Assembly (NCBI RefSeq): GCF_032444005.1
Contig: NC_091284.1
Coordinates: forward strand, 803,954,001-804,018,000
Direction: 5' to 3'
DNA from: Ranitomeya imitator
Taxonomy: Eukaryota
Length of the DNA: 64,000 nt
Part shown: positions 63,901 through 64,000 of the stretch, piece after piece
Position numbering within the stretch: position 1 is the stretch's first letter
Layout: each line of letters opens with the position of its first letter
Translations under genes and position numbers: made by a program
The notes under the pieces: generated by a model
Told to the model about the DNA's origin: nothing
The model's input: only the letters and a program-made list of their open reading frames with translations
Database searches by the model: none

Positions 63901-64000
63901 TCCCTGTAGTCCTGCATGTTCAGTGTTTCTACAGAGCATGCTCAGTGTAACCCTGCATGTTCAGTGTCTCTACAGAACATGCTCCCTGTAGTCCTGCATG
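54950..64000. repeat. 41-bp minisatellite (CAGTGTCTCTACAGAGCATGCTCCCTGTAGTCCTGCATGTT)n, over 9 kb, runs off the window end
   Basis: CATGTTCAGTG at 55023 and 55064 (period 41). The monomer contains the hairpin CTACAGAG-CATGCT-C(C/T)CTGTAG. Confidence 0.98.
59667..59942 (+). mobile_element. Full-length tRNA-derived V-SINE (276 bp) with an L2-type tail
   Basis: A box TGGCGCAGTGG (59675-59685), B box GGTTCTAATCCC (59719-59730), V-domain GAGTTTGTATGTTCTCTCCGTGTTTGCGTGGGTTTCCTCCGGGTACTCCGGTTTCCTCCCACA, and tail ending AATAAAG(ATT)n. TSD TTAGTG at 59661-59666 and 59943-59948. Confidence 0.92.

Overview
Vertebrate genomic DNA, most likely a frog. This is inferred from TTAA-flanked T2/Kolobok-type MITEs, PIF/Harbinger and hAT MITEs, a V-SINE and Penelope-like fragments. 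The window holds eight consecutive coding exons of the atypical cadherin FAT3 on the minus strand (54826 down to 22329, 2272 coding nt). All junctions are GT-AG and phase-compatible, covering the last cadherin repeats and the run-up to EGF1. About half of the window (roughly 33 kb by my estimate) is intronic tandem repeat from ten different monomer families (about 130, 27, 33, 104, 38, 204/224, about 295, 44, 29 and 41 bp). These arrays explain nearly all the long ORFs in the track, which I reject as genes. The most interesting signal is two independent Penelope-like insertions in the same 29-bp minisatellite at the same monomer register. Each is a fold-back inverted repeat carrying minimal type-I hammerhead ribozyme cores: one canonical CUGAAGA, one U3-A8 variant with a cUUCGg loop. 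Other points: a 38-bp minisatellite resembling an L2/SINE 3' tail stem-loop, satellites expanding inside MITEs, nested transposons, a 4.75-kb higher-order period in the 41-bp array, and a CpG-rich promoter-like patch deep in a FAT3 intron. No database searches or folding programs were run; family assignments rest on motif recognition.
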